Shown: positions 41,317-51,719, counted from the stretch's first letter. The stretch is DNA of 64,000 nt from a bacterium (GCA_043818275.1 JBDRFY010000050.1:10217-74216), one strand, 5' to 3'. The notes: generated by a model from the sequence alone, not told the origin. Translations and numbers: made by a program.

Positions 41317-42255
41317 ATGGTTGATTTAAAAGAAATGCTAAAAGCGGGTGTTCACTTTGGTCACAAAACATCCCGCTGGTCTCCTGCAATGAATCCTTAT
41401 ATTTGGGGTTCGAAAAATAAAATTCATTTAATTGACGTTTCAAAAACAGCTTTTCTGCTTGAACGCACAGGAAAATATCTTCAGGAACTTGCAAAAAACG
41501 GTGGTTCTTTTCTTTGGATCGGAACAAAAAAACCGGCTCAGGAAATAATTAAAAAAACTGCAATAAATCTTAAAATGCCTTTTGTTGTTCACAGATGGAT
41601 TGGTGGAACATTAAGTAATTTTGATCAAATTAAAAAAGCAATCACAAAGCTTTTATATTTAAAAGAAGCTGTAAATAAATCAACAAGACATTACAAGAAA
41701 AAAGAAATAAGCATGATACAAAAAGAAGTAGCCCGACTTGAAAAAAATATTGGTGGAATTCTAGATCTTACATATCCACCAGCAGCAGTAATTGTTGTTG
41801 ACGCAAAAAAAGAACATTCCGCGATAAGAGAAGCAACCAGTTTAAAAATTCCAACTGTTGCTTTAGTTGACACAAATACAGATCCAGATGGCATCAATTT
41901 TGTAATTCCTGCCAATGACGATTCTCCAAGATCAATTAATTTTGTTATTGAATATCTTGCAGCTCAGATTGCTGAAGGCAAAAAAGAATACGATTCAAAA
42001 AAGAAAGAAGCTAAAGCAATAACTCAAAAAACAAAAACTGAATCAAACAGTCAAAAACAAGTAGATAAAGAATCTGACGATAAAGTTTCTGCTAAAAAAG
42101 TAATTAGTAAATCAACAACAGTTAAAGAAATTAAAGCTAAAAAACCCGAACCAAAAGTAACAGCAAAACCAACACATGAAGAAAAAAAAGATAGCGTTAA
42201 AAATACAAAAGAAGTCACAAAAACTGAAGACAAAAAAGTTTCTACCAAAAAATAA
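41317..42255 (+). CDS. rpsB: 30S ribosomal protein S2 with long Lys/Glu-rich C-terminal tail
   Basis: AGVHFGH, RWIGGTLSN, DTNTDP and PANDDS. Confidence 0.97.
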   Translation: MVDLKEMLKAGVHFGHKTSRWSPAMNPYIWGSKNKIHLIDVSKTAFLLERTGKYLQELAKNGGSFLWIGTKKPAQEIIKKTAINLKMPFVVHRWIGGTLSNFDQIKKAITKLLYLKEAVNKSTRHYKKKEISMIQKEVARLEKNIGGILDLTYPPAAVIVVDAKKEHSAIREATSLKIPTVALVDTNTDPDGINFVIPANDDSPRSINFVIEYLAAQIAEGKKEYDSKKKEAKAITQKTKTESNSQKQVDKESDDKVSAKKVISKSTTVKEIKAKKPEPKVTAKPTHEEKKDSVKNTKEVTKTEDKKVSTKK

Positions 42256-42265
42256 TTTGGGGCGC

Positions 42266-42313
42266 GCCCTTCGAAGCAAACCTTTCGTTTAAACTTCGCA
42301 GTGCGAAGTAGGG
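42266..42313. repeat. CTTCG/CGAAG REP-family element abutting the 5' end of tRNA-Ser
   Basis: gcccttcgaagcaaa...gcgaagtaggg, similar to 18421-18506. Confidence 0.65.
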
Positions 42314-42403
42314 AGAGATGGCTGAGTGGTCGAAAGCGCACGATTGGAAATCGTGTATGTCACGAAAGTGGCATCGAGGGTTCGAATCCCTCTCTCTCCG
42401 CCA
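42312..42403 (+). tRNA. tRNA-Ser(GGA)
   Basis: GGAGAGA/TCTCTCC acceptor stem, CACGA-TTGGAAA-TCGTG anticodon arm, long variable arm, GTTCGAATC, CCA. Confidence 0.96.
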
Positions 42404-42533
42404 GTCTTCGCTCTGACGAGCTTCGCCTGGCGCGGCCAGTTTTTTAAATGAATTGATATTATTAGAAAAAGTTAGCGAAGACTGTCCGGCGAAGTAAAAC
42501 TAACATTTTAAATTTCGTAGTACGAAGACGGAC
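42399..42533 (+). repeat. tRNA-3'-trailer palindromic element
   Basis: cgccag...ctggcg hairpin; agcgaagactg (42474-42484) complementary to 42402-42412; gtccggcgaag...gaagacggac. Confidence 0.8.
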
Positions 42534-42558
42534 GGCTTGAAATAATTGTTTTAAAGTT

Positions 42559-42632
42559 GGGGTAAGTTGATAAATAGCAAAATCTGTCAGGTCCGGAAGG
42601 AAGCAGCAGGTGTTACCTTGTCGCTGTACCCC
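42559..42632 (+). ncRNA. ffs: Signal recognition particle RNA (4.5S), compact form
   Basis: Helix-8 signature TCAGGTCCGGAAGGAAGCAGC inside a hairpin closed by GGGGTA/TACCCC; lies between tRNA-Ser and dnaX. Confidence 0.9.
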
Positions 42633-42636
42633 TTTT

Positions 42637-43104
42637 TTAATCCAGAGCATCTTCATAATCTTGTAAAATTTTTTCAATATCTTTTAAATTAAATTCTTGC
42701 GCATAATCAATTAAATTTTTTCCATCAGATACAAAACGCGCGCATATAATCATTGAAACTTTTTCACAAGAATCTAATAACTTTACCAGGGTTTGATTAA
42801 TTCCCAATGCTGCGCAAACTTCAATTTTTTTAATTTTATCATCATCTTTATAACCACGTAACTTAAATAAAAATTCTGCAAAACCATCCCAATTAACAAA
42901 CAATAAATATTTTGGTTCTTCTTGTCTTAAAATTTGAGATAACTCAAAAAGATCTCTCACTGTTTTGCAAGCTTCTAATCTTTCATTAACAACATATAAA
43001 AATTCCTTTGACATTTTTTTATTTTCTTCTTTTCCTGCAAAAGTAAAATCATTTGAAAAATTTAATAAAAAAATTATCGTTAAAAAAATATTAGTAAATT
43101 TCAC
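42637..43104 (-). CDS. Secreted hypothetical protein with ankyrin-like C-terminal repeat
   Basis: Signal peptide; CAALG...LVKLLD and DGKNLIDYA...IEKIL. Confidence 0.6.
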   Translation of the reverse strand: MKFTNIFLTIIFLLNFSNDFTFAGKEENKKMSKEFLYVVNERLEACKTVRDLFELSQILRQEEPKYLLFVNWDGFAEFLFKLRGYKDDDKIKKIEVCAALGINQTLVKLLDSCEKVSMIICARFVSDGKNLIDYAQEFNLKDIEKILQDYEDALD

Positions 43105-43203
43105 AGTTCCCCCTTTTTAAAAAATAAGCAACCTTTATATTTATTGTTAAAATGATATCCTATAAAACTAAATTGAATTTTAAACTTATAAAAAAATTAA
43201 AAG

Positions 43204-44912
43204 ATGAACACAAACAATTCAAATTTAAATCTTGCGCGAAAATGGCGGCCAAAAACATTCAATGAAATTGTTGGCCAAAATATTCCTATAAAAACATTAC
43301 TAAATGGTCTTTACTTAAAAAAGTTTTTTCCTGTGTACCTTTTTGCCGGACAGAGGGGATGTGGAAAAACTTCATCTGCAAGAATATTTGCTGCGGCTAT
43401 CAATTGTCAAAACTTAAAAAAATTTCAGGAAGATCCAAAAGAAAAAATCCCGTGCCTGGAATGCGAATCTTGCCAACCAATGCTGAAAAATAACCATCCC
43501 GATTTTATTGAAATTGATGCGGCTTCACATACCGGAGTTGATAATGTCAGACAAATTTTGGAAAACAGTTCTTATATGCCGCTTGCCGGAAATAAAAAAA
43601 TATACCTAATTGATGAAGCACATATGTTAAGCAAAGCAGCTTTTAATGCTTTTCTAAAAGTTCTGGAAGAACCACCAAGTACAGTGTTATTTATTTTGGC
43701 AACAACAGAGATTCATAAAATTCCAGAAACTGTTCTTTCAAGATGCTTTCAGGTTATATTTCGCCCAATAAATTCTGACGACTTAAAAAAACATTTAATT
43801 AATTTAAGTAAGTAGAAGAAATTTTAATTGATGAACCGGCTATAAATATAATTATCGAAGAGACAGAAGGTTCTGCTCGAGATGCAATAAATTTACTTGA
43901 AAGAGTTCGATTTTCTTCACAAGAAATAACTGAAGAAACAATTTTAAGTGTTTTGGGTAAAATTAGTGAAAAGGTTCTTCTGGATATTTTTGAAAGCTTA
44001 ATTGATCAAAATGTTCCTCAACTTTTAAAACAACTTGTCAATATCAACTTTCAAAGTCTGAATCCACAAATTTTTTGGAATTCATTAATTCAAACGTGCA
44101 GAAATCTGATGTGGGTAAAATACGAAACTGATATAAAAAATAGAAACTTTGAAAAATTAAAAAAAGCAACTGAAAAATGTAGCATCAACAGAATACATGC
44201 AATATTTCAGTTGCTTTGGAATCAGGAACCAATTTTTTTACAAACATCGCAAAAACATATTTTTCTTGAATCAGTTTTAATCCAAATTTGTGAGCAAACA
44301 AAAATTGAAGATTTAACCGAGTTAATTGAAAACTGCAAAAACCAAAATATTAATTCTGATACCCCACCAATTCAACATTCACCAAAATATATTCAAAAAA
44401 ATCCAGTCAACACACAACAAGAACAAGGAACAAACTCTTTTGCGTCAACAACAAATAATTCAGACAATCATCTATGGAATCAATTTTTAGAAAAAATAAA
44501 CAATTTATCTGATCACATGATTTCTTCAATTCTAAAACAAGCCACATTTATTAAAGAAAACAAAGAAAATAAGGTTATTTCTATAGGCTTGCATAATGAC
44601 AACCAGTTTTTAAGAGACCAAATAGAAGAAAGTAAGCCTTCATGGATAACATTTCTACAAGAAACATTTCCCGAAATAAATGGCTTTGAATTTGAAAAAG
44701 TGGAAAAAAAAGAAACTTCAGCTCCAGCACCACAATCAAATATAAAACAAACACAGAACGACCCTCAAAACACTAGAAACTATCCATCTCAAAGCTATAA
44801 TCCGCAAAACCATACTCCACAAACCATCATTGATATATCCGATAAAGAAAAGTGGCCAAAGGCTAACTTGATAATCCAACACTTTCCCGGTAAAATAAAG
44901 CTATCAAAATAG
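43204..44912 (+). pseudogene. dnaX: DNA polymerase III gamma/tau, interrupted by a 1-nt frameshift near 43810-43812 (probably a sequence error)
   Basis: LARKWRP, GQRGCGKT, IDEAHML and SRC in frame 1 up to TAG at 43813. The -1 frame from 43812 reads VEEILIDEPAINIIIEETEGSARDAINLLE and continues into ORF 43953..44912. Confidence 0.9.
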
Positions 44913-44965
44913 CTGCTTATTGGGGATCATTATAATCCAAGTACATTTCATCAAAATTTTTTAAA

Positions 44966-46303
44966 GTGAAAAAAATGAAAAAAATAAAAAAATATCCAAA
45001 GGTTTTACTCGTTGGTCGGACCAATGTTGGTAAATCAACACTTTTTAATCGTTTGACAGAAAAAACAAAAAGTATTGTTTTAGACACTGAAGGTGTGACT
45101 CGCGATTACATTCATGAAGTTATCGAATGGGATAAAAAATCATTTGATCTGGTTGATACCGGTGGTGTTAGTCTGCAAAAAACAACTGATCCTATTTTAA
45201 GCAAAATTCAGGAAAAGGTTTTTGATTTATTTAAAAAAGCATCAGTTATCGTTTTTTTATGTGATGTAAAACATGGAGCAACAGAACAAGATAAAAAAAT
45301 CGCAAAACTTTTGCACAAAAATAATAGACCTACAATTCTGGCTGTTAATAAAATTGACAATAAAACCGCATATGAAGAAAATTTTTCAGAATTTTACAGC
45401 TTGGGATTTAAAAATATCATTGAAATTTCAGCAACACATGGAATTGGAACTTCAGACCTTCTTGACGAAATAGTTAAAGAAATTCCTGAGTGTTTAGAAG
45501 AGGGAGAAGAAGAAAAACCGGTATACCGCGTAGCAATAATTGGAAAACCAAATGTTGGTAAATCTTGTTTAATGAATCTTTTAATGCAACAAGAACGCTC
45601 CATTGTTTCTGATATAGCAGGAACTACCAGAGAAGCCATTTCTGAATTAACTTATACAAGTGAAAATTTAATTCGGTTAACAGATACACCTGGTATTAGA
45701 AGAAAAGGCAGGGTTGAAGAAACAATAGAAACTTTAATGGTAAAAAGTTCGTTGGAAACAATCAGAACATCAGACATTGTAATTCTTGTAATTGATGCAA
45801 GCAGCCTTATATTGTCACACCAGGAATTAAAACTTCTTGATTATTCTTATCAGGAAAAAAAATCAATAATCTTAGTTTTAAATAAAATGGATCTTCTTAA
45901 TGAAGACGATAAAAAAATGTTAAAACACAACCTGTCTGAATATGATTTTCTTTTAAAGAAAATTCCCACAATTATGGTTTCATGCCAAACTAAAAAAAAT
46001 GTTCATAAAATTTATAAAGAATTAGAAGAATCCTGGGTCAGAAGAATTCAAAAATTTGACAACATACAACTCGATGAAATCATAAAAGAAAACTTACTGG
46101 GAAAACCTCTTTATCACAAAGGAATACAGCTTAAACTTTTCAAAATCAGACAAATTAAAGATGCAAGAGTTCCAACATTTCAAATTTTTGTAAACTATCC
46201 TGATTGGTTTGAAGAAAGCCAATTAGGGTTTTTAGAAAATATCCTTAGAAGAAATTTTAATCTTAAGGGATGTCCTGTCGTTTTTGTAAAAAAAGAAGTT
46301 TAA
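44966..46303 (+). CDS. der: Ribosome biogenesis GTPase Der (EngA)
   Basis: Two G domains: GRTNVGKS/DTGG/NKID and GKPNVGKS/DTPG/NKMD. Confidence 0.96.
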   Translation: MKKMKKIKKYPKVLLVGRTNVGKSTLFNRLTEKTKSIVLDTEGVTRDYIHEVIEWDKKSFDLVDTGGVSLQKTTDPILSKIQEKVFDLFKKASVIVFLCDVKHGATEQDKKIAKLLHKNNRPTILAVNKIDNKTAYEENFSEFYSLGFKNIIEISATHGIGTSDLLDEIVKEIPECLEEGEEEKPVYRVAIIGKPNVGKSCLMNLLMQQERSIVSDIAGTTREAISELTYTSENLIRLTDTPGIRRKGRVEETIETLMVKSSLETIRTSDIVILVIDASSLILSHQELKLLDYSYQEKKSIILVLNKMDLLNEDDKKMLKHNLSEYDFLLKKIPTIMVSCQTKKNVHKIYKELEESWVRRIQKFDNIQLDEIIKENLLGKPLYHKGIQLKLFKIRQIKDARVPTFQIFVNYPDWFEESQLGFLENILRRNFNLKGCPVVFVKKEV

Positions 46304-46305
46304 AC

Positions 46306-47088
46306 ATGGAATTTTTGCGGATTCTAAACTTAAATCAAACACTGTCAAACAAAAAAATATTAAATGATATTTCTTTAAATGCTGACTTAGGAAACATCGT
46401 AGCTCTTTTAGGACCAAATGGCGCTGGAAAAACAACTTTATTAAGAACAACAATTGGCTTGCTTAAAAGTCCCAAACATGATGAAGCAAATAAGAAAAAT
46501 TTAATTTTTCTAGATAATGAAATTATTAATAAATGGCCAATTTACAAACGAATTGACAAGGGATTAGTTTATTTACCTCAGCATTGCTCTCTATTTTCCC
46601 AAATGACTGTTTTAGATAATTTAAAATTAATTTATAAATACCATAATTACTGGAAACCTTTTAAAAAAGAAAAATTCAGAGAAAATATGCTTTTTTGGCT
46701 TGAAAAAACACAAATGGAGCACTCTTTAAAACAACTGGCCGGGAATCTTTCTGGTGGGCAAAAAAGAAAATTGGAAGTTATACGATCAATTTTAATGCAT
46801 CCGAAAATGATTTTACTTGACGAACCATTTGCCGGAGTTGATCCAAAATCAATTTATGAATTAAAAAAAATCTTTCAAAATATGGCTCAAGATAAAATCG
46901 CTGTTTTAATTTCTGATCATAACGTTGATCAACTTTTATCAATCGCTGATAAAATTTATGTAATAATTAATGGCGAAGTAATAACATCAGGAGACATTAA
47001 AGAAATAATGGAAAACGATTACACCAAAGAAATGTATTTCGGTAGACAATTTTATTCAGAAATGAGTCAACGTTTTTTAAAACAATAA
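46306..47088 (+). CDS. lptB: LPS export ABC ATPase LptB-like (start revised)
   Basis: GPNGAGKTT, YLPQ, LSGGQ, LDEPFAGVDP and SDHNV. Confidence 0.85.
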   Translation: MEFLRILNLNQTLSNKKILNDISLNADLGNIVALLGPNGAGKTTLLRTTIGLLKSPKHDEANKKNLIFLDNEIINKWPIYKRIDKGLVYLPQHCSLFSQMTVLDNLKLIYKYHNYWKPFKKEKFRENMLFWLEKTQMEHSLKQLAGNLSGGQKRKLEVIRSILMHPKMILLDEPFAGVDPKSIYELKKIFQNMAQDKIAVLISDHNVDQLLSIADKIYVIINGEVITSGDIKEIMENDYTKEMYFGRQFYSEMSQRFLKQ

Positions 47089-47163
47089 ATTTATCTTGCC
47101 ATAAAAAAATAAATTTAGTATCGATATAAGAACGGTTTTAAAACTCTTAAAAAAAGGATCTTG

Positions 47164-47532
47164 ATGAATAGAAAAATAACATTTCAAAACATGGACCATT
47201 CGATACCAATTGAACAACATGTAAATGCACGATTAGACAAAATTAGTGAATTATTAAAAAACGTAGATAACATAACACCCTATTTTCAGGAAATTTTTTT
47301 AAAAGCAAATAAGCAACATCCACACCATCGGGCAGAATTAAATGTAAAAACCCCTCTATTTGATCTGCATACCCATGATGAAAACCCTAAAATGTACGTT
47401 GCTATTGATAACGCAATTGACAAAATGATCGGACTAATAAAAAAAGAAAAAGCAAAAATCAGAGATAAAAATAAAAAAGTTGAAAACGAAAAAGCTGAAT
47501 TTGCTTCAGATAAATATACGCTGGAAGATTAA
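47164..47532 (+). CDS. hpf: Ribosome hibernation factor HPF/RaiA
   Basis: ITFQNMDHS and MYVAIDNAIDKM; follows lptB. Confidence 0.82.
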   Translation: MNRKITFQNMDHSIPIEQHVNARLDKISELLKNVDNITPYFQEIFLKANKQHPHHRAELNVKTPLFDLHTHDENPKMYVAIDNAIDKMIGLIKKEKAKIRDKNKKVENEKAEFASDKYTLED

Positions 47533-47548
47533 AGATCAAACTAAAACA

Positions 47549-47572
47549 AGCCGGAATTTTTCCGGCTATTTT
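47549..47572. terminator. Bidirectional terminator
   Basis: agccgga-atttt-tccggct between convergent genes. Confidence 0.75.
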
Positions 47573-48053
47573 ATTTGCTTAATTTAACCGATTCTATCGT
47601 GCGCACTGTCCCTTTTAATCCAAATTCATTTAAGGTTAAAAATAAGCCATCTTCATCACCTTTAGTCATAATAATATAAATATGATTTTCTTGTAATTGT
47701 TTGCATGTAAATCTACCTGCATTTTTTTCATTCAAATAAATATCAAAATAAGATGAATTTTCTGGCAACAGAAATCCATTTGTAGCTAATTTTATTTCTT
47801 CGTCTGCTTTCAATTCATTTTCTTCTTCCACAAAATCCCATCCATTATCTGAAAAATCCAGTTTTTCTTCCTCGCTTGAATCCTTCTCAAATTTAATCAC
47901 CGGAATCAAACCTTTTCCAGTTAAATTTCCTAATTCATCTCTAACCTCAATTTCAACTTTTACTTCTTGATTTAACAAGAGATGAAATATCTGAATACCC
48001 CCAAAACAATTGTTTACAAAAAATAATAAACTTATAAAAAATATTTTTTTCAT
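47571..48053 (-). CDS. Secreted hypothetical protein
   Basis: MKKIFFISLLFF signal peptide; acidic mature part. Confidence 0.65.
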   Translation of the reverse strand: MKKIFFISLLFFVNNCFGGIQIFHLLLNQEVKVEIEVRDELGNLTGKGLIPVIKFEKDSSEEEKLDFSDNGWDFVEEENELKADEEIKLATNGFLLPENSSYFDIYLNEKNAGRFTCKQLQENHIYIIMTKGDEDGLFLTLNEFGLKGTVRTIESVKLSK

Positions 48054-48069
48054 TTTTAGCTTTCTAAAT

Positions 48070-48954
48070 TTATAAAAAATTTAAAATTAAAGCTTTCAAA
48101 AAAAATGGCAAAACAAAAAAGCCGAAACTTAATCCTAAAATTAATTTAATTAATGATTTACCAGAAAAATTCATCAAATAATAACTAGAAACAATTAAAA
48201 AACAACAAGCAATAAAAAACAATAAAACTTTGTTTAAATAAATATCTTTCAAATAAAAAACAAATCCCAAAAAGCTAAAAAACAAAATAAAAAGCATAAA
48301 CTCTTTTATAAAAGCTTTTCTAGCGGCAAAAAGATCAATCCGTTTAAAAATTCTTGCGCCAACCCAAAATAATAAAAAGGCTAAAAGAATCATTAAAAAT
48401 AAATTTGGCACCGTTTTGGCAAATGAATAAATTTTAGATCGCATCTTTTTAATATTGTCCTTTAATTCTGTATTTTGATAAAATTCTTTTTTTGCCAACA
48501 ACAAATTAAAAAGCTTATTTTTAAAAGGAAACTTATTTTCAGCAAATCGTTTTAATTTACTATTTTGAATTTTAATTTCCTGAATTAACTTATCTGCCAA
48601 GCTAATTGATAATGTTTTTGCAAAAATAGTATTTTTATCTTCATCAAAAATTAAAGTCTGAAAAATAAAAATTGTATTGGGATCCAACTTATCTTCTAAA
48701 AAATCAAGTTTAAAATTTAGATTAAAAGAACAATTATAAACTTTTTTGTTATTTCTAAATGACTGGATAAATAAACTTTCCGGCTCCACCGAAATTTTAT
48801 GGTTTTTAATTATATTTTCTGTTGCCTCAAGCTCAACCCAAAAAGAAATCTCTTTTTTCTTCTTTATTTCATCAAATGAATTTTTTAGCTCAACATTTAA
48901 AGCGCCTAAATTAAAATTCAGAACCAAAATAAAAAGAATTTTTAAATACTTCAA
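48070..48954 (-). CDS. Hypothetical membrane protein (start revised to TTG at 48954)
   Basis: GGGGAG RBS, signal peptide, four C-terminal TM helices. Confidence 0.6.
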   Translation of the reverse strand: MKYLKILFILVLNFNLGALNVELKNSFDEIKKKKEISFWVELEATENIIKNHKISVEPESLFIQSFRNNKKVYNCSFNLNFKLDFLEDKLDPNTIFIFQTLIFDEDKNTIFAKTLSISLADKLIQEIKIQNSKLKRFAENKFPFKNKLFNLLLAKKEFYQNTELKDNIKKMRSKIYSFAKTVPNLFLMILLAFLLFWVGARIFKRIDLFAARKAFIKEFMLFILFFSFLGFVFYLKDIYLNKVLLFFIACCFLIVSSYYLMNFSGKSLIKLILGLSFGFFVLPFFLKALILNFL

Positions 48955-49047
48955 TTTTTCTCCCCAAAGGTGATAGTCTACAAACTCTATCACATTACAA
49001 CTTAAATTAAATAAAATTAAGCCAAATTTAACCAAAGGAGATTTTTA

Positions 49048-50784
49048 ATGATAAATTCATCATTCAAGTTTAGAAAATTAATTCTAGGCCTCATTTTGCT
49101 CAATTTTGTATCATTGCCTATTTTTGGCAAACCACCCAAATTAACAGTTGTCCTGGTAATAGATCAATTTGGATATCAGTATATTCAAAAACTACAAAAT
49201 AACTTTAATTATTCGTTTAACTTTTTATTAAATAATGGAATCATTTATACAAACGCGCATCATCCTCATGGCGCCCCAACAACTGGAACAGGTCACGCGG
49301 CAATCGGAACAGGATGTTATGCAAAGGATCACGGAATAGTTTTAAATTCCTGGGTTACACCCGAAGGTAAAAAAACTAATTGTTACGATGATGCTTCAAA
49401 AGATTCTGCTGTTTTTGGTGAAAATAAACTTTGCGATTATGGAATATCAGCAAAAAGAATGATGGTCGACAGCCTTGCTGATCAATTTATTCATGCTTCA
49501 AAACCGGATTATCCAAATAAATCGTTTTCATTATCATTCAAGCCACGCTCAGCAATTGGTATGGGTGGACATTTAAGTAAAAACATATGGTTTGATGAAG
49601 AAACGGGACTTTTTACTTCGAGCAAGGCATTTTTTGATAAACTTCCTGAATGGGTTAACCGTTTTAACAAAAAGAAAAACATAAGCAAAATAAAAGAAAT
49701 TTCATGGAAACTTTGTTATCCAAGAAAAAGCAAATATTACAAATTCAAAAATATTGATATCAATGAAAAAACTGATTATAAATTCGCAGGATACAAAAAA
49801 AGTCTAATTTCTCCTCCCGGAAAAATGACTCCAAATGACCCTAAAGAATTTGAAAAAAATTCTTATGAAAGCAATCCATATGAAATATTTCAAAGAACTC
49901 CACTTGCGAATGAAACATTACTTGAACTATCAAAAGAATGTTTAAAAAATAATTTCAATACTGAAAAAAATGAAACTTTTTTATTGTGGGTTTCTTTATC
50001 TCCGCTTGATCCGCTTGGACATATATATGGACCGCAAAGTCTGGAAATAACAGATATGATTTATCACCTGGACAAACAAATAAAAGATTTTTTTAAATTA
50101 GCTCAAAAACTTGCCGGCAAAAAAGAGTTATTTTTTGTTTTAACAGCTGATCACGGATTAGAAGAAATTCCTGAAATTATGCAAATTGATGGATACAAAA
50201 AAGCTGTAAGAATAAATGTTAAAACCTTAATTAAAGAAATGAACGATTTAATTAATAATAAATACGAAATCTCAGATTTAGTTTTAGACTTTAGAACATC
50301 AATGTTTTATCTCGATCAACAAAAATTTAAAAAATTAAAGAAAGAACAAAGACATGAAATTTTAAACGATTTAAAAATCTTTTTAAAAAAACAGAACGGT
50401 GTAAAAAATATTTGGACTTACAATGAACTTAAAAATTCAACTTTTGAACCATATCAGCTTGAAAATTTTTATAAAATGCAACTTTACCCTGAAAGAAGTG
50501 GTCAACTTATTTGTCAACCTCAACCATACTCCGTTTTCACACCTTATCCGACAGGAACTTCTCACCGCTGCGCGTATAATTTTGATACAAACGTTCCTTT
50601 ATTTTTGTATCAAAAAGGAAAATATGAAAAAAAATATATAAACGAAAAAGTCTGGGTCCCCCAACTTCCTGTAACGTTGGCCAGAATTTTGGAAATTGCA
50701 AAACCATCAGCTTCTCCATTTGAGCCCCTACCGGGAATAAAATTTGATACGGCAGAAAGTAATTTTTTTCAATGGATTAATTAA
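49048..50784 (+). CDS. Alkaline phosphatase superfamily enzyme (PafA/nucleotide pyrophosphatase-like)
   Basis: VIDQF, PTTGTGHAAIGTG, DPLGHIYGP, TADHG and GTSH. Confidence 0.9.
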   Translation: MINSSFKFRKLILGLILLNFVSLPIFGKPPKLTVVLVIDQFGYQYIQKLQNNFNYSFNFLLNNGIIYTNAHHPHGAPTTGTGHAAIGTGCYAKDHGIVLNSWVTPEGKKTNCYDDASKDSAVFGENKLCDYGISAKRMMVDSLADQFIHASKPDYPNKSFSLSFKPRSAIGMGGHLSKNIWFDEETGLFTSSKAFFDKLPEWVNRFNKKKNISKIKEISWKLCYPRKSKYYKFKNIDINEKTDYKFAGYKKSLISPPGKMTPNDPKEFEKNSYESNPYEIFQRTPLANETLLELSKECLKNNFNTEKNETFLLWVSLSPLDPLGHIYGPQSLEITDMIYHLDKQIKDFFKLAQKLAGKKELFFVLTADHGLEEIPEIMQIDGYKKAVRINVKTLIKEMNDLINNKYEISDLVLDFRTSMFYLDQQKFKKLKKEQRHEILNDLKIFLKKQNGVKNIWTYNELKNSTFEPYQLENFYKMQLYPERSGQLICQPQPYSVFTPYPTGTSHRCAYNFDTNVPLFLYQKGKYEKKYINEKVWVPQLPVTLARILEIAKPSASPFEPLPGIKFDTAESNFFQWIN

Positions 50785-51626
50785 ATATTTTTAAATCTTC
50801 GATGTTGCCACATCCATTGACCTGGAGAACGTAAAATAGCGTCTTCGAGTATTTTGTTACCTGAAGATGCTATTTCTATTTCAGGATTTTTAAATTTTTC
50901 AAAATCTTGTGGATACAACGGTTTATAAACTTTTAATAAATATTTATTTAAATTTTTAATAAACATAAAACCTGAAACTATTGGCGCGCCTGTTTTTAAA
51001 CTTAATTCTGCAAATGCTTTGTGACTCCAAACATTTTGGTTAAAAAATTTTGTCTGAATTCCCTCCGGTGGATAACAATGCTGATCTGAAATTAAAACAA
51101 CATTTCCACCCCTTCGTAAATGTTTATAAACATTAAATAAAGAATTTTTTTTAGAAATTAAAATATTGCCACTTCTTTGACGATTATTTTTTACAAAACG
51201 TTCAAACCATAAAAAATTTTTTGCTTTAATTGGATTATACAAAACCAAACTTTTTATGCCTTTTAATGCCAGATAATGCGCGGCCAATTCCCAGTTTCCA
51301 AAATGCGCGGTAATAATAATTACACCTTTGCCTTTTTTTTGCGCGTCATAAAAACATTCCATTCCTTCAGTTGTTATGTATTTATCAATATTTTTTTTGT
51401 TATAAAAACGCATAAGCAAAAAATCCGCGGCTGAATGTCCCAAAGACAAATAACTTTTTTTTACAATTTTATTATTTTTCTTTTTATCGCTATTTTTCTC
51501 TGGAGGGAAACACAAATCAACATTTGCAGCCGCGACTGGTCTTCGTTTTTTTGAAAAATAAAAAAACAGCGCAGCAACAAATCTAAAAAATAAAATTGTA
51601 AATATACGGCAAGTTGCAAATATCAC
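50781..51626 (-). CDS. Lipid A secondary acyltransferase (LpxL/HtrB family)
   Basis: GKGVIIITAHFGNWEL, SDQH and PGQWMWQHRRFK. Confidence 0.9.
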   Translation of the reverse strand: MIFATCRIFTILFFRFVAALFFYFSKKRRPVAAANVDLCFPPEKNSDKKKNNKIVKKSYLSLGHSAADFLLMRFYNKKNIDKYITTEGMECFYDAQKKGKGVIIITAHFGNWELAAHYLALKGIKSLVLYNPIKAKNFLWFERFVKNNRQRSGNILISKKNSLFNVYKHLRRGGNVVLISDQHCYPPEGIQTKFFNQNVWSHKAFAELSLKTGAPIVSGFMFIKNLNKYLLKVYKPLYPQDFEKFKNPEIEIASSGNKILEDAILRSPGQWMWQHRRFKNI

Positions 51627-51719
51627 ACTTTTCCTCTAGATTAATCGCACGTTATTTGTTAAAAATTTATAATCATTTAAAACACCCTAAATTATTAAAT
51701 GTTTTAAAGGAGAATAAAA

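Noticed and set aside
42051..42677. Minus-strand ORFs 42051..42341 and 42462..42677
   Set aside because: They overlap rpsB, tRNA-Ser and SRP RNA on the opposite strand and have no protein features.
43780..43815. Programmed -1 frameshift at the A7 run (TTA AAA AAA C) in dnaX
   Set aside because: The -1 frame after this run hits TAA within a few codons and again at 43809, so slippage there cannot reach the downstream frame.
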